In this document: positions 21,811-31,229 of the stretch, piece after piece
Layout of the letters: each line of letters starts with the position of its first letter
Position numbering within the stretch: position 1 is the stretch's first letter
DNA from: a phage
Length of the DNA: 64,000 nt
Reading direction: 5' to 3' (one strand)
Sequence record: PZ445431.1
Program-made: the position numbers and the translations under genes
The notes under the pieces: generated by a model
What the model was told of the DNA's origin: nothing
The model's input: only the letters and a program-made list of their open reading frames with translations
The model's database searches: none

Positions 21811-24512
21811 TGGCACTTAAAACTAAAATTATTGTACAGCAGATTCTGAACATAGATGACACTACAACTACTGCTAGTAAATATCCTAAGTATACAGTAG
21901 TTTTAGGTACTTCTATTAGTTCTATTACTGCTAGTGAACTAACAGGGGCTGTTGAGGCCTCTGCTGCTTCTGCTGCAGCAGCAAAAGATTCTGAAATTGC
22001 AGCAAAAGAATCTGAAACAAATGCTAAGGACTCGGAGAACCTAGCTGCAATTTACGCTAACTCTTCAGAAACTTCTGCAACTCAATCTGCTGCTTCTGCT
22101 ACTGAAGCGGAGAGACAAGCTAGTTTATCTAAAGATAGTGCTGATGCCTCTGCTACGTCAGCTGAGGAATCCAAAGGATTCCGTGATTCTGCTGAACTTG
22201 CTGCACAAAATGCTGAACAGAGTCGTCTATTAGCTGAACAAGCTAAGAAGGACGCTGAGGCTGCTAAGACTGCTGCTGCTACTTCTGAGCAAAATGCTGC
22301 TACATCTGCTACTGAATCTACTAATCAGGCTACTGCTGCTACTGGTTCTGCTACAAAGGCGGGAGAATACGCTACCGCTGCAAAAGATTCCGAGATAGCG
22401 GCTAAGACTTCAGAACTTAATGCTAAGGATTCTGAGCATGAATCTGCTATTTCTGCTGGAGCTTCTGAAGCTTCTGCTTCTCAATCTGCTATTTCTGCTA
22501 CTCAATCTGCTGCGTCTGCTACTAAATCTGCAGAATCATCAGCTGCGGCAAAAACTAGTGAAACTAATGCTATAGAATCATCAGCTGCAGCAAAAACTAG
22601 TGAAACTAATGCAAAAACTAGTGAGACTAACGCAAAAACTAGTGAAACTAATGCAGCAGCATATGCAGCAGCAGCAAAAACTAGCGAGACTAATGCTGCT
22701 GATTCTGCTGCCTCTGCTTCTGACTCCAAAGGATTCAGGGATGAAGCAGAAGCATTCGCTGCACAAGCCTCCACATCAGCATTAGCAGCAAAAAACTCAG
22801 AAACTAGTACAAAGACTAGCGAAACTAACTCAAAAGCTAGTGAAGCCGCCGCTAAGCTAGCTCAGCAGGATGCATCAGATAGCGCGAACATAGCTACGCA
22901 AGCGATGACCACAACCAAAAGCTATAGGGACGAAGCAGAGGGATTTAAAAATACCGCCACTACTGCTGCAACGACGGCAACAGAAAAGGCCCTAGAGGCC
23001 GCTAGTAGCGCTACAACGGCAGGTGAGAAAGCTGTTGCAGCAAGTAGTTCAGCTGACAGAGCTGAGACAGCGGCTGCATCCGCAGAGCAGGTTACGCAAG
23101 CGTCATTGAAGAAGGATCAGAACTTAGCAGACCTAACAAACAAAGAGTTAGCGCGAGAAGCGTTGCAAGTCGAGACAGTAAAACGCGCAAACGCAGGGCA
23201 GCCAGGAGGGTATTCTGCCTTTCAGTCACCCACTACGGCCTATGAGATGCGCATTGCTAACGATGGGGGCTGGCGAGTAGTTAGCAATATTGATAATGGT
23301 AAAACTATGCCGTTGTTGGTGGATTACGGAGGCACAGGAGCATTGAATGCAGCGGATGCGCGCACTAATCTGGCACTTAATCGTTTTTCACAAGCTGACA
23401 GCTCGCAGACCTATGTTTTTTCTGGCGATGGTACTAAAAAGCTATTCATTGATGACGCAGGAACGTGGGGCGTGTGGAATAACAGTATCGATGTGCCTAT
23501 CGCTCTTCCAATTTATAGTGGTGGCACAGGAGCTGTGAACATAAATGATGCGCGGGCTAACTTAGGGATAGGCTTATTCGGCAACGACACCCAATTCACT
23601 ACGATGACAGACCCATCAAATAAGTATCAGGTATTTGTTAGGGATACAGGCGATTGGGGATGTGTTAGCCCTGGATCATCTCGCGCAGCCCTCCCCATTA
23701 TTTCTGGCGGTACTGGTGCAACTGATGCAGCTGGGGCCGCGCGCTCTCTTAAAGTTATGGGTGACGGGCTACCAGACAATCGACTAGATGCACCTTATCT
23801 TTCAAGCGGAGTATACTACGCGGGCGATGATTCTTATGTGGGGGGATCTGGTAAACCTTTCAATTACACTCAAATTCTGAATTTAGCCGAACAAAATGGT
23901 AATGTTGGTAACTGGACTCAACTGGGATTTTCTATTCTTTCAAACACCGCACCTGTGATACGTAGGCGTAATGCTTACCCCGCATTGCTTTCTGACTGGT
24001 CTACCTTTGTTGTGAAAGGCTTAAATGCTACAATCGACACTAATGGGTTTTATAAATCCGCGTCTCCTATCGTTAAATTAAAAGGAGATGGTTCCATAGA
24101 AACTAATAGTGAATCGGAAGGAGCTACCTCCAGTCGTCTGGAAAAAGGAGTCTATATAATTTCCGGGGTTCTTGGGTTTAACTCTAATCCTGAATGGGGT
24201 GGTGTAGATGGTGGATTTGTTATTCCCACAAATAATAACGGTTTACCTTTACTGTGGGTAGATTATGAAATCAGTGCGCAAGGTGACATTCTTATAAAGA
24301 CATATCACAGGGTGCATGAAAACGTTCCACCTTTTGCAAAAAATACAATACAGGGAGTTAATAACGGAGATCCCATTGATATTCCTTCTGGACGTTGGAT
24401 AGATTTAAGGGTTGAAATGCCAGCCGATAGTATTTATAACAAAGCCATGGAAGAAGCTCGTACCCCCTATGAGAAAGCAGAAAAGGAAAGGTTAGATCTT
24501 GAAGAAAAATAA
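21810..24512 (+). CDS. side (L-shaped) tail fibre protein
   Basis: 900 aa; Ala/Ser/Thr-rich N-terminal half with AKTSETN heptad repeats; three GGTGA-N-DAR-NLG repeats in C-terminal half. Confidence 0.7.
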   Translation: MALKTKIIVQQILNIDDTTTTASKYPKYTVVLGTSISSITASELTGAVEASAASAAAAKDSEIAAKESETNAKDSENLAAIYANSSETSATQSAASATEAERQASLSKDSADASATSAEESKGFRDSAELAAQNAEQSRLLAEQAKKDAEAAKTAAATSEQNAATSATESTNQATAATGSATKAGEYATAAKDSEIAAKTSELNAKDSEHESAISAGASEASASQSAISATQSAASATKSAESSAAAKTSETNAIESSAAAKTSETNAKTSETNAKTSETNAAAYAAAAKTSETNAADSAASASDSKGFRDEAEAFAAQASTSALAAKNSETSTKTSETNSKASEAAAKLAQQDASDSANIATQAMTTTKSYRDEAEGFKNTATTAATTATEKALEAASSATTAGEKAVAASSSADRAETAAASAEQVTQASLKKDQNLADLTNKELAREALQVETVKRANAGQPGGYSAFQSPTTAYEMRIANDGGWRVVSNIDNGKTMPLLVDYGGTGALNAADARTNLALNRFSQADSSQTYVFSGDGTKKLFIDDAGTWGVWNNSIDVPIALPIYSGGTGAVNINDARANLGIGLFGNDTQFTTMTDPSNKYQVFVRDTGDWGCVSPGSSRAALPIISGGTGATDAAGAARSLKVMGDGLPDNRLDAPYLSSGVYYAGDDSYVGGSGKPFNYTQILNLAEQNGNVGNWTQLGFSILSNTAPVIRRRNAYPALLSDWSTFVVKGLNATIDTNGFYKSASPIVKLKGDGSIETNSESEGATSSRLEKGVYIISGVLGFNSNPEWGGVDGGFVIPTNNNGLPLLWVDYEISAQGDILIKTYHRVHENVPPFAKNTIQGVNNGDPIDIPSGRWIDLRVEMPADSIYNKAMEEARTPYEKAEKERLDLEEK
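22548..22694 (+). repeat. in-frame 21-bp tandem repeat (GCAAAAACTAGTGAAACTAAT, AKTSETN) inside tail fibre gene
   Basis: five near-identical 21-bp units visible in sequence, three directly adjacent. Confidence 0.8.
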
Positions 24513-24607
24513 CGTCAGGACGCAGAAAAAGAAAAGAACTAGACGAACTGAAAAACTTGTGAGTGAGCTCATTAAGCCAGATAACTCATAATGTATACAT
24601 AGTACAA

Positions 24608-24645
24608 AGAAACCCCAGTGGACAAAATCCACTGGGGTTTTCTAT
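24608..24645. terminator. bidirectional terminator between convergent late and early operons
   Basis: AACCCCAGTGGA-CAAAA-TCCACTGGGGTT; A-rich upstream and TTTTCTATT downstream. Confidence 0.75.
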
Positions 24646-24757
24646 TACTTACTCCTGCAACCTTCTATAATACCAAGATTATACCTAGTTAGTAATATTT
24701 TAAATCGGGTAAGTTGACATATTAGTATCAATACCTACCATATTAGGATCAGCAAAA

Positions 24758-25204
24758 TTATTTACTTCCTGAGCTTCCAAAGCCGCCTTCTCCACGATCA
24801 GTCTCCTCTAGTTCGTCAACGATTTCAAAATGATGAGTTGAGTAGTGTGGTAGTACTACTAGCTGACAAAGTCTCTCGAAATTCTCCAGAGTTTGCATTT
24901 CAGAACCATAGTTATAAAGGTTCATCTTAATAGTACTACGGTAGTCTGAGTCGATCACTCCTGCGGTATTTGCGATCATTAGTTTACGCTTACCTAAAGA
25001 GCTGCGAGGAACTACCAAACCGAACCAACCTCGCGGAATTTCCACCGCGACACCGGTGTCAATCATAAGGGATTTGCCTGGTGCAATAGCACGTAAATCT
25101 GCTGCAAGGTTAGTACCGAAGAATGCACGCAGATCCATACCTGCGGCATCATCAGAACCAATCTTTGGCATGCAATCTGGATGAGTTAGTTTAATTTTAA
25201 TCAT
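24758..25204 (-). CDS. dut: dUTP pyrophosphatase
   Basis: 148 aa; GMDLRA and GVIDSDYR dUTPase motifs. Confidence 0.8.
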   Translation of the reverse strand: MIKIKLTHPDCMPKIGSDDAAGMDLRAFFGTNLAADLRAIAPGKSLMIDTGVAVEIPRGWFGLVVPRSSLGKRKLMIANTAGVIDSDYRSTIKMNLYNYGSEMQTLENFERLCQLVVLPHYSTHHFEIVDELEETDRGEGGFGSSGSK

Positions 25205-26076
25205 TGTCCTGCGATCTCCAAAATATCTTTCGTAAACTTATCTAATACGTCTTGACCCACAGCAGCAATAGCATCTACACAATAGGTCGGTAAATCAACC
25301 AGAATCAAGTTTCGGAAAAGCAACTCCTCCGATGCATTCAGATTCTGTATATATTTCTGTTTCCCAGGCAACGGGAGTTGATCAATAATATCCAGAACAT
25401 TACCAAATTCACGGATAATATTATAACCACGTTTCGCACCAATTCCTTCAACACCACGGATGTTATCGCCTAGATCTCCCATAATTGCTTTCAGAGAGAT
25501 AAACTGGTCAACATCATCAACGTTGTGATGCTCATACATATCACGGAGGTGGTATTCACGACGTGTGGTAAAGGAGAACCGAGAAACTCGATCAGTTAAT
25601 AGAGTATCCCAGTCACCATCAGTAGAGATTAGCCAAACGTGATCATATAAGTGACCAATGAGCTTAACAATATAAGCTGCCATATCATCTGCTTCTACAC
25701 CACGAATAGTGAAGGTTGGGAACGTGGTTTCACACAACTCGAAAGCATCACGAAGATACTCAAAGAACTGTTCGTCTAGTGCTTTCTCTTCTTCTGTGCG
25801 TTGAGCATATTTTTCGTCACGGTTGCCCTTATAGTCAGGAAGATGCTCCAAACGGAATGCAGACTTCCCTTTATCTCCTAAAACTATTGTAGTTCTAGCA
25901 GAATAAGATTTTGCGAGAGATTGAATTGTAGAAACATAACTTGAAGCGAAGGGTTTCTTACTATTATTATGTTTGAAGCGGAAGCCTAAGTTAGTTCCAT
26001 CAACAATCATTAGGTTGCGACGAGAAGCCAGCTCAGCTTCTTCCTCTTCAATAAATTTTCCCCAGGATTTACTCAT
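25201..26076 (-). CDS. D15: flap endonuclease / 5'-3' exonuclease (T5 D15-type)
   Basis: 291 aa; N-terminus MSKSWGKFIEEEEAE...MIVDGTNLGFRF matches recalled T5 D15 exonuclease sequence. Confidence 0.9.
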   Translation of the reverse strand: MSKSWGKFIEEEEAELASRRNLMIVDGTNLGFRFKHNNSKKPFASSYVSTIQSLAKSYSARTTIVLGDKGKSAFRLEHLPDYKGNRDEKYAQRTEEEKALDEQFFEYLRDAFELCETTFPTFTIRGVEADDMAAYIVKLIGHLYDHVWLISTDGDWDTLLTDRVSRFSFTTRREYHLRDMYEHHNVDDVDQFISLKAIMGDLGDNIRGVEGIGAKRGYNIIREFGNVLDIIDQLPLPGKQKYIQNLNASEELLFRNLILVDLPTYCVDAIAAVGQDVLDKFTKDILEIAGQ

Positions 26077-26558
26077 TATTTAATTAAGTCCTCAACAGAT
26101 GCGTGATGTAACCACGGCTCAAATAACCCGATTACGATTTCCATGCCTTTCTTATTTAACACCATATGGGTACGACTCATTAAGTTGTCCACCATCGGGT
26201 CTGAGCTATCCAAAGCAATTAACCACTGTCCTCTGTCTTTCTTGAATATTAAGGCTGGTTTGGAGTTCATCTGTTCACCTTCACGGGAACACTGCTGCCA
26301 CCACTTCTCTAGAGTGGATTCACCAACGTTAAATAAATTACTTGATATGTTATCATCTTTATACCACTTAACTTCGAAGCAGTATTTACTAATGTGTCCG
26401 CTTTGTGGTGGAAGGTAGATGTCACCCTTCAGTCCATGGCTCTGGCCAAAAGCACCAGAACCTGGAACACGTTCCCACTCAAGACCTGTACGTTCACGTA
26501 GTATATCTCTTACCTGATATTCACCACGTTTACCTTTCTCTCTACTATCTACGGCCAT
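26076..26558 (-). CDS. PD-(D/E)xK nuclease-like protein (D14 position)
   Basis: 160 aa; GDIYL ... CFEVKWYK resembles D...ExK nuclease core. Confidence 0.45.
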   Translation of the reverse strand: MAVDSREKGKRGEYQVRDILRERTGLEWERVPGSGAFGQSHGLKGDIYLPPQSGHISKYCFEVKWYKDDNISSNLFNVGESTLEKWWQQCSREGEQMNSKPALIFKKDRGQWLIALDSSDPMVDNLMSRTHMVLNKKGMEIVIGLFEPWLHHASVEDLIK

Positions 26559-26561
26559 GTT

Positions 26562-28400
26562 TTATTCTAAGTAGGAAAATCCTTCTGCATCTTTTTTAAC
26601 AGTAATCTTATGGGCTAATGGATGCGTATGCCCATGAGAAACAATGATAGAATTCAGACTATCTTCCTCATTTAATAATTCAACGAGAGTATCAAGTCCT
26701 TTCGTATCAATAAAGCTAATAACTTCGTCAAGGAACAGAAGATTAATATTAACTTTACTAATAGATGTTAACAGCATTCGAATAGCTAACAGAGTTGCTA
26801 GGTTAATTCTACTCTGCTGACCAGTAGAGCAGTTCTCCATACTGGTGCGGTTTCCATCATTGAAGATTACTACTTGTAATTTAGTTTCATCAAGTTCAAA
26901 TCCAAGTGCGAACTTACCACCAGTCATAATAGAAAGATATTTATTAATCAATTCCTCAAATACTTTCACACTATGCTCTAGTTTATATCCTACCAGATTT
27001 TTCAATGCAGCGATCAGAATATCAAGATCAGCAACAGCTTCTGATACTCCACCCAGTTTGGACGTTATCTCAGACATTTCTGCCTCAGCTTTTTCAATCT
27101 GTTCTAGTTTCGCTTTATATTTTGCATTGGCTAATTCGACATTTGCATTATGCTCTTTGGCAATTGCAACTTTAGAACGGCCATCAGCGATTTCCTGTTC
27201 TAATTGTCGGATTTGCACCTGTAGGATCTGCACATTGAGTTCTTCAAAAGAAGCATCACTCATTGAATTTTTGAACTCGTCTCTAGCTGCTACTGCCTTA
27301 TCTAAATCATCTTTAGCTCTAGTATACGCAGTGTACTCGACTTGTTCTTTCTTCAACTGCTCTAGTATAGCTTCAAGAGATTGTTTCTCTTTAAACAGAG
27401 GATCATACTCTGCTCTAGCCATATCCATTGCTTTTTGAGCAGCAGTTGTATCAAGGTGAGTACCACAAGTAGGACATTCAGTATTTGAAGCCTCTTGCTT
27501 GAACTTCTGATAACGTTTCTTGACTTCTCCCGCACGTGAGGTAACAATCGTTAGGTCACGCGTAACACTTGAGATCTCTTCAGATTGGTCAGTGGGCGCA
27601 GGGAAATTTTTGAAAGGCTCGAAAGATTGCTCGGCAACTTGTACAGCTTTGTCCAAATTACGGAGTTTAGTAATATTAGCCTCTTGTGACTTGGCTAATG
27701 CCGCCTTAATTTTCGATTCAGTAAGTTCTTGTGATAACGGTTCTTCATCAAACTCTGGAACTTCGACGGGCTCTTGTAAACTTCCGAGATTACCTTTTCC
27801 ATTGAGGATCTTCGTAATTACGGCCATCTGGCCTTGCAAGTTACTTAACGTACTTGCCACTTCTTTACGATCAGCCTTAATAGTTTCTGACATCTCTTTA
27901 TACTGTTCCTGATTGAACAGATTAACAAGAAAAGCTTTACGTGTCGCATCAGTTGCTTTGAGGAAGTCTAGATTGGAACCTACAGATTGATAGATCAGTT
28001 TAGTGAATGTTTGGAAGTCACCCCCCATAATCTCTTCAATCATCTTATATGTTTGGGTTGCTGTGTGTCCACTGATATCTTCTCCATTCTTAATCAGTGT
28101 AACCTTAGCAGTTGATTTAACTACTTTATGCAACTCATACTCATCTTCATCTTTCGAGAAGTAAGCGTGCATATCGTACTCTTTCTTCGGAGAACCCCAA
28201 GAGAATAAGGCGTCCTTCTTGATACCACGTGAGTTCTTGTTATAAAACAATTCCTCAATAACAGTAGCAATAGTGGACTTCCCTAGACCGTTTCCTCCGA
28301 TTAACTGAGTAACTGGATTCTTATCGAAATGAATTACGATATCCTTACCGTAAGACATAACGTTGCTGAATTTTAGTGTCTTAATTATAATCTTTGACAT
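26562..28400 (-). CDS. SbcC-like recombination ATPase (D13-type)
   Basis: Walker A GGNGLGKST; long coiled-coil centre; C-terminal ABC signature region; ORF track starts at GTG 28481, ATG at 28400 preferred. Confidence 0.75.
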   Translation of the reverse strand: MSKIIIKTLKFSNVMSYGKDIVIHFDKNPVTQLIGGNGLGKSTIATVIEELFYNKNSRGIKKDALFSWGSPKKEYDMHAYFSKDEDEYELHKVVKSTAKVTLIKNGEDISGHTATQTYKMIEEIMGGDFQTFTKLIYQSVGSNLDFLKATDATRKAFLVNLFNQEQYKEMSETIKADRKEVASTLSNLQGQMAVITKILNGKGNLGSLQEPVEVPEFDEEPLSQELTESKIKAALAKSQEANITKLRNLDKAVQVAEQSFEPFKNFPAPTDQSEEISSVTRDLTIVTSRAGEVKKRYQKFKQEASNTECPTCGTHLDTTAAQKAMDMARAEYDPLFKEKQSLEAILEQLKKEQVEYTAYTRAKDDLDKAVAARDEFKNSMSDASFEELNVQILQVQIRQLEQEIADGRSKVAIAKEHNANVELANAKYKAKLEQIEKAEAEMSEITSKLGGVSEAVADLDILIAALKNLVGYKLEHSVKVFEELINKYLSIMTGGKFALGFELDETKLQVVIFNDGNRTSMENCSTGQQSRINLATLLAIRMLLTSISKVNINLLFLDEVISFIDTKGLDTLVELLNEEDSLNSIIVSHGHTHPLAHKITVKKDAEGFSYLE

Positions 28401-29358
28401 ATTTAGCAGCTCTAGCCAAGATTCTATCAATGTCGCCTTGAGACAGCTTTTCAACTTCACGGAAGTAAAGCTCAAGCTCACCTAACATATCAAGATCAAC
28501 AAGATTTAACTTAGCATCTTTAGTAACTCGATGGTTAATCTTTTTATCTAAGAGATCGGAATCTTTAATAGACTTTAACTGAACAACGTCACCAGTGACT
28601 TCATAAATTACACGGTCATAGTCACTAGGCTCCATTTCCTCACCAACTCCGATTGTTTTACGAATCAGTTGAGGTAAGTCACCAAGTTCAATCCATTCTA
28701 CTTTTAATGTGTTGGTATCAATGATAAAACAACCATTTGTACCTTTTGTGCGTTTTCTATGGAACGATGTAGTTAATGGAGATCCTGGATATAGAAGTCT
28801 AGTAGAGCCAACAGTTTGACTATTAGTATAAGAATGTAAATCGCCAGCAATTACAGTGTCATAACAGTTATACCTCGTTAGATCAACCTCTGGTTTTACA
28901 TGTGGAGGGATTTCACCACGAACATGCGTGAAACATAATTTTGATTCAGATGGTTTCCACTTTGGTTTGTGGATTTCATCATAGGGGATAATATCAAATT
29001 CAGGAGAACGATATGGTTTAGTAATGACTTCCCAATTTCCGTTTGTTACTTTATTAATAACTCCTGCATAATGATATAGACATGAAATAGTTTTAGTTAA
29101 CATTTCATGGTTCCCTGTGAAGATCTTGCCTGGATGGTCAAGTCTTGACATGAACTGTTCAAGAAGTTCTATTTCTTCCGACGATGGGTCGGCAACATCA
29201 AGAATATCACCCCCAGCAATATGCAGATCACAGTTATGATTATGGAATATGTCATTTAACCGTTCTCCTAGCATCAGGAAGCGACGCTTCTGCCACTCCT
29301 TTGGAACTTTATCTTGTCCTAGTTTGATATGATGATCAGCACTAAATAGTATTCTCAT
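28381..29358 (-). CDS. SbcD/Mre11-like nuclease (D12-type)
   Basis: 325 aa; calcineurin-like phosphoesterase motifs ADHH, GGDILD, GNHE. Confidence 0.75.
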   Translation of the reverse strand: MRILFSADHHIKLGQDKVPKEWQKRRFLMLGERLNDIFHNHNCDLHIAGGDILDVADPSSEEIELLEQFMSRLDHPGKIFTGNHEMLTKTISCLYHYAGVINKVTNGNWEVITKPYRSPEFDIIPYDEIHKPKWKPSESKLCFTHVRGEIPPHVKPEVDLTRYNCYDTVIAGDLHSYTNSQTVGSTRLLYPGSPLTTSFHRKRTKGTNGCFIIDTNTLKVEWIELGDLPQLIRKTIGVGEEMEPSDYDRVIYEVTGDVVQLKSIKDSDLLDKKINHRVTKDAKLNLVDLDMLGELELYFREVEKLSQGDIDRILARAAKYVKDYN

Positions 29359-29397
29359 AAGTTAAAAAGAAAGGGAGCCGTAGCTCCCCTTGGTTTA

Positions 29398-30171
29398 TTA
29401 GTCGTCCAGATCGCTAGCAGCTTCAGCGTCGATGCCTTTCTGAGAACCAGCATCCCCACCAGACTTAGCGTCACCACCGTCTTGCTTCTCACGACCTTCC
29501 ATGAAGGCGAGAATATCTTCTTTCTGCTCTTCATAGGACGGAACCGGGTAGGTTTCTTCCAGAGAAGGAACTTTTTCGAACTTGATGAACTCACCAGTAT
29601 CATCACACATAGCTTCACCGAGGATATCAACATCAGCGGCGTGCAGTTTAGACTCAGCACTGGTAGGATCTTTCAGTTTCATCTGGAACTGCATTGCTGC
29701 GATCTGCTGTACATCGTACTCAGTATCGAAGCCTTTACCTTTCTTCTCGATAGAAATATCGATATCGAATGGATCTGCCAGTTCAAGCTGCTTCATGATA
29801 GACTGGATGCCTTTCAGGATAGTAGCTTTAACTTCCATAACTTTCAGTTTGTTATCGGAACGGTCGATAACGAAGGCGATGTAGTTTTTCTTCGGTTTCA
29901 GCGGAACACGATTACCATCTTTGTCCAGCTCTTTTTCGAAGAAGCCCATTTCGTGAATCGGGTCAGCTTTACCGCGAACGAAGCTCTCTTTAGTACGGTT
30001 GAAACGCAGGCACTCAAACGGAGCTGCATTACCATCTTTGTTAGTCAGCCAGTAGACATAACGTGGAAGAACACCAGAAACGATACGAACACGAGTTACA
30101 CCGTTGTTGAATTTCAGGAAGTCGATTTTATCGTTAGAACCGCCAGTAGTTTCGCCCCAAGACTTAGCCAT
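29398..30171 (-). CDS. putative ssDNA-binding protein (D11 position)
   Basis: 257 aa; strongly biased codon usage; Gly-rich segment and acidic C-terminal tail DAEAASDLDD. Confidence 0.4.
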   Translation of the reverse strand: MAKSWGETTGGSNDKIDFLKFNNGVTRVRIVSGVLPRYVYWLTNKDGNAAPFECLRFNRTKESFVRGKADPIHEMGFFEKELDKDGNRVPLKPKKNYIAFVIDRSDNKLKVMEVKATILKGIQSIMKQLELADPFDIDISIEKKGKGFDTEYDVQQIAAMQFQMKLKDPTSAESKLHAADVDILGEAMCDDTGEFIKFEKVPSLEETYPVPSYEEQKEDILAFMEGREKQDGGDAKSGGDAGSQKGIDAEAASDLDD

Positions 30172-30526
30172 ATTTTATTTCCTCTTTAAAGATTATCTTC
30201 GATTTATTGATTGCAATTAGTGGGTTAGTGTCGATTACAGAACGTGGTATCCATATGGGAACATATTGCATGTCCAAACTCGGATCGTTTGTAAACTTAT
30301 ATTCGGCATAATTTCGTAGACTTAGAATTCCTAGATATTCTGCCAGTTGTCTATTAGACAATTTGTAAGGGTTATCAACAATAGTTGATTCATTCAAGAT
30401 GAATGAAGAACCGACCAGTAACTGGTGAGCGTCAGGCTCTGCAAGCATTCTATTAAATAGCTTGACAATCAGGTCAGAGTTTCCTCTAGCTAAGAGGTAA
30501 ATTCTCTCGTAATCAAAGAATTTCAT
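30164..30526 (-). CDS. hypothetical protein
   Basis: 120-aa ORF with ATG and upstream GAGAGAC; downstream of tandem promoters. Confidence 0.4.
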   Translation of the reverse strand: MKFFDYERIYLLARGNSDLIVKLFNRMLAEPDAHQLLVGSSFILNESTIVDNPYKLSNRQLAEYLGILSLRNYAEYKFTNDPSLDMQYVPIWIPRSVIDTNPLIAINKSKIIFKEEIKYG

Positions 30527-30553
30527 TTTTGTCTCTCATCAATTTATGTATAT

Positions 30554-30583
30554 ATTATACATTAAATCGGGAGGATTTGACAA
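30554..30583 (-). promoter_or_regulatory. T5-type early promoter
   Basis: minus strand TTGTCA - 18 nt - TATAAT. Confidence 0.5.
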
Positions 30584-30660
30584 GTACAATTTTTATTTTT
30601 ATTTTTCTGCTTCGGACTTTCTTATCAATCCGAAACTTTCTCTCTCAAATTTATGTATAT

Positions 30661-30689
30661 ATTATACAATAATTATGAGCAGTTGCCAA
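30661..30689 (-). promoter_or_regulatory. T5-type early promoter (tandem copy)
   Basis: minus strand TTGGCA - 17 nt - TATAAT; ~22-bp core duplicated from promoter at 30554. Confidence 0.45.
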
Positions 30690-30697
30690 ATGCAATT

Positions 30698-31228
30698 TTA
30701 CTTATCTAAGTCCTCACGTCGGCAAATATATCCTTTGAATAGTTCTTGCCTGGAATCCATACCTAGATGCTGTGCTCTAAGTTCGTTAGCTTTATTTATA
30801 GCTAACTCTAATTCTTCATAAGGGAATAACCCACCATATATTTTAACACCTATACAGTTAGTTATTTCTACTTTCCATTTAGAAGAGTTAGTATCCCAGT
30901 GTATACCTAAGTATCCCGAAGTACTTCTAGTGTTTCTATTTCTGCAGTTTTGCTGATGTGTGGTCTCTCGCAAGTTATTCCACCTATTATCCCATCTTAT
31001 ACGATTAATATGGTCTATCTCTTCAGGAAACCTGCCTTCCATGTATAGGAAGGCTAGCCTATGCGCAGGATAAGATATTTTATCTATTTTTATATAGACA
31101 TAACCATTAGAATTACGAGACCCAGCAATACTTCCTTTTGCAGCTCTACCTTTAGCTACTCTACGAGTAAAATCACCTGTATCTGGATTATACTCGAAAA
31201 GTTCTTTGAGCTTATCTTGTGTTATCAT
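30698..31228 (-). CDS. HNH homing endonuclease
   Basis: 176 aa; HRLAFLYMEG...IDHINRIRWDNRWNNLRETTHQQN HNH core; paralog of ORF 56466-56981. Confidence 0.7.
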   Translation of the reverse strand: MITQDKLKELFEYNPDTGDFTRRVAKGRAAKGSIAGSRNSNGYVYIKIDKISYPAHRLAFLYMEGRFPEEIDHINRIRWDNRWNNLRETTHQQNCRNRNTRSTSGYLGIHWDTNSSKWKVEITNCIGVKIYGGLFPYEELELAINKANELRAQHLGMDSRQELFKGYICRREDLDK

Positions 31229-31229
31229 T

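Noticed and set aside
22548-22694. Regular 21-bp direct repeats, considered as a possible CRISPR-like array
   Set aside because: Repeats are in-frame coding heptads (AKTSETN) with no unique spacers between them, so this is a protein repeat, not a CRISPR array.
22502-22785. Overlapping ORFs on both strands (90, 61 and 61 aa) inside the tail fibre repeat region
   Set aside because: Low-complexity artefacts of the GCA/GCT-rich repeat; the plus-frame fibre ORF is continuous and coherent.
1-24512. Absence of a receptor-binding protein (pb5-like) and lipoprotein (llp-like) pair in the late module
   Set aside because: In T5-type genomes these lie beyond the terminase end of the late region as recalled, i.e. 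upstream of position 1 and outside this window; not evidence of loss.
26845-27912. 197-aa and 130-aa ORFs antisense to the SbcC-like gene
   Set aside because: Ser/Ala-rich low-complexity translations opposite a coiled-coil gene; typical antisense artefacts.
29482-30189. 235-aa and 100-aa ORFs antisense to the D11 SSB-like gene
   Set aside because: No start context; sense strand has strong codon bias and a coherent product.
30601-30640. Hairpin TTCGGA ... TCCGAA between the tandem promoters, considered as a terminator
   Set aside because: Only a 6-bp stem with a 12-nt loop and no U-tract on the transcribed (minus) strand; unlikely to terminate efficiently.
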